In this document: in pieces, positions 63,003 to 64,000 of the stretch
Layout: each line of letters opens with the position of its first letter
How positions within the stretch are numbered: the first letter of the stretch is position 1
Sequence record: MZ475893.1
Reading direction: 5' to 3' (one strand)
DNA: 64,000 bases
Program-made: the position numbers and the translations under genes
Notes under the pieces: model-generated
The model's input: only the letters and a program-made list of their open reading frames with translations
Database searches by the model: none
Told to the model about the DNA's origin: nothing

Positions 63003-64000
63003 TAACTTCATTACTCTTGAGCAATATCGCGCGATGATCGAACGCAACATCCTGACCGAACCCGCGATGTTAGTCAAGAACCAGACTCAGCCACTTGGGC
63101 GAATCATCTTCCAAGCGCTGGGCGACAACATGCAGATGAAGGACATCATTGTTCCTGACTCTCGCAATGCGATTGACCTGACTCAGCAAGCGCCGCTGTC
63201 TAACCTGCTGGCCAGCTCGCAACTCAAGTCGCTGATTCAGCTTCGCCGTCTGGTAATCTTGAATCCGGATGATATGCCTGCACCAGAGCAAGGCATCAAG
63301 AAGCCTACTCTGTCGCAAGAGCCTGTTGCTGGCGCTACCTCGATCGATGGTACTACGATTCCAAACGCGACTGTTATTGTTGAGCAAAACGGTAATGTCT
63401 GGACTGGTACTTCAAACGGTAGCGGTGCTTTCACTGTTGACGTGTCTGGCCTTGCAGAAGGTCCATTCAGCGTAACAGTCACAGCCGACAACTATGCGCC
63501 TTCGCGCTTCACTTACACTGCTGGTCCTCAGCCGTTGCAGCCGTACCCTGAACCTACTATTCATGCAGTCTTCAAAGAGACTCAGGTGACAGGTACTACT
63601 GTGGCTGACGCGAACATCGTCGTCGAATTCGGCGGCAAGTCGTTCACAGGTCAGGCTACTAACGCCGGGGACTTTACCGTACCAACTGACGCGCTGCCAT
63701 TCGATACCATCGTTGTCAAATTTGTCGCCGAAGGTTATCTGGACGCGCAGCGTAGCGTCAACACTTCATCCGTACCAGGCACTGCTACCATCAGCGATCT
63801 CAAGTACCTCGTTACTGAAATCAATGGTACTGCAAGCCCTAACGCTCAAGTCGAAGTGCTGGTGGATGGTCAGTCTAATCAGATCGTTAACGCGAACACC
63901 GACGGCCTGTGGACTGCAACCGTGCAGCCTGTCAAAGGCGATGTGAATATTCGCAGTCTGGAAGTTAGCGGCTACGACGAAGCAACTGCAACCGTTAAGC
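62995..64000 (+). CDS. Ig-like (Big) repeat virion protein, truncated by window edge
   Basis: Not in ORF track; ATG 62995 with GGAG SD; repeats of IxGTTxPNAxVxV...GxFTV. Confidence 0.75.
   Translation, partial: MSDNFITLEQYRAMIERNILTEPAMLVKNQTQPLGRIIFQALGDNMQMKDIIVPDSRNAIDLTQQAPLSNLLASSQLKSLIQLRRLVILNPDDMPAPEQGIKKPTLSQEPVAGATSIDGTTIPNATVIVEQNGNVWTGTSNGSGAFTVDVSGLAEGPFSVTVTADNYAPSRFTYTAGPQPLQPYPEPTIHAVFKETQVTGTTVADANIVVEFGGKSFTGQATNAGDFTVPTDALPFDTIVVKFVAEGYLDAQRSVNTSSVPGTATISDLKYLVTEINGTASPNAQVEVLVDGQSNQIVNANTDGLWTATVQPVKGDVNIRSLEVSGYDEATATVK

Noticed and set aside
1-64000. CRISPR array, IS/transposase, integrase, tRNA or rRNA genes
   Set aside because: No regularly spaced repeat-spacer array, terminal inverted repeats or cloverleaf/T-loop signatures found by eye; a tRNAscan run would be decisive

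Overview
The window is 64 kb of a lytic jumbo myophage genome. Genes are densely packed, almost all on the minus strand up to about 61.3 kb, then switch to plus. It holds a tail module (sheath, Ig-repeat fibre and paralogous virion proteins) and a replication/recombination set: family A DNA polymerase with a UDG-like N-terminus, beta-clamp-like protein, DnaX-like clamp loader, UvsW-like and giant SNF2 helicases, SbcC/SbcD and RuvC. It also has a GH108 endolysin, a Tlde1/DUF2778-like enzyme, an ADP-ribosyltransferase and several Lys-rich histone-like proteins. The gene content resembles the Erwinia/Dickeya jumbo myovirus group (Y3/Yoloswag/JA11-like); this is inference from gene content, not a database match. 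I found no tRNA, rRNA, CRISPR or IS element. The most notable observations are five. (1) A second, highly divergent, exonuclease-less PolA/TV-Pol-fold polymerase sits next to a non-coding array of repeats in helical phase. (2) About 10 unrelated proteins, including the ART and the histone-like proteins, share an N-terminal hydrophobic-S-x-S-A signal, a candidate head-packaging/maturation tag. (3) A roughly 400-nt multi-helix non-coding region lies behind a late-type promoter motif. (4) Two recurrent upstream motifs (CTGTAAAYA and YRMTAATTTY) sort genes into replication versus virion/lysis classes. (5) A T6SS-effector-like L,D-transpeptidase-fold gene is present. All motifs were read by eye and no searches were run.
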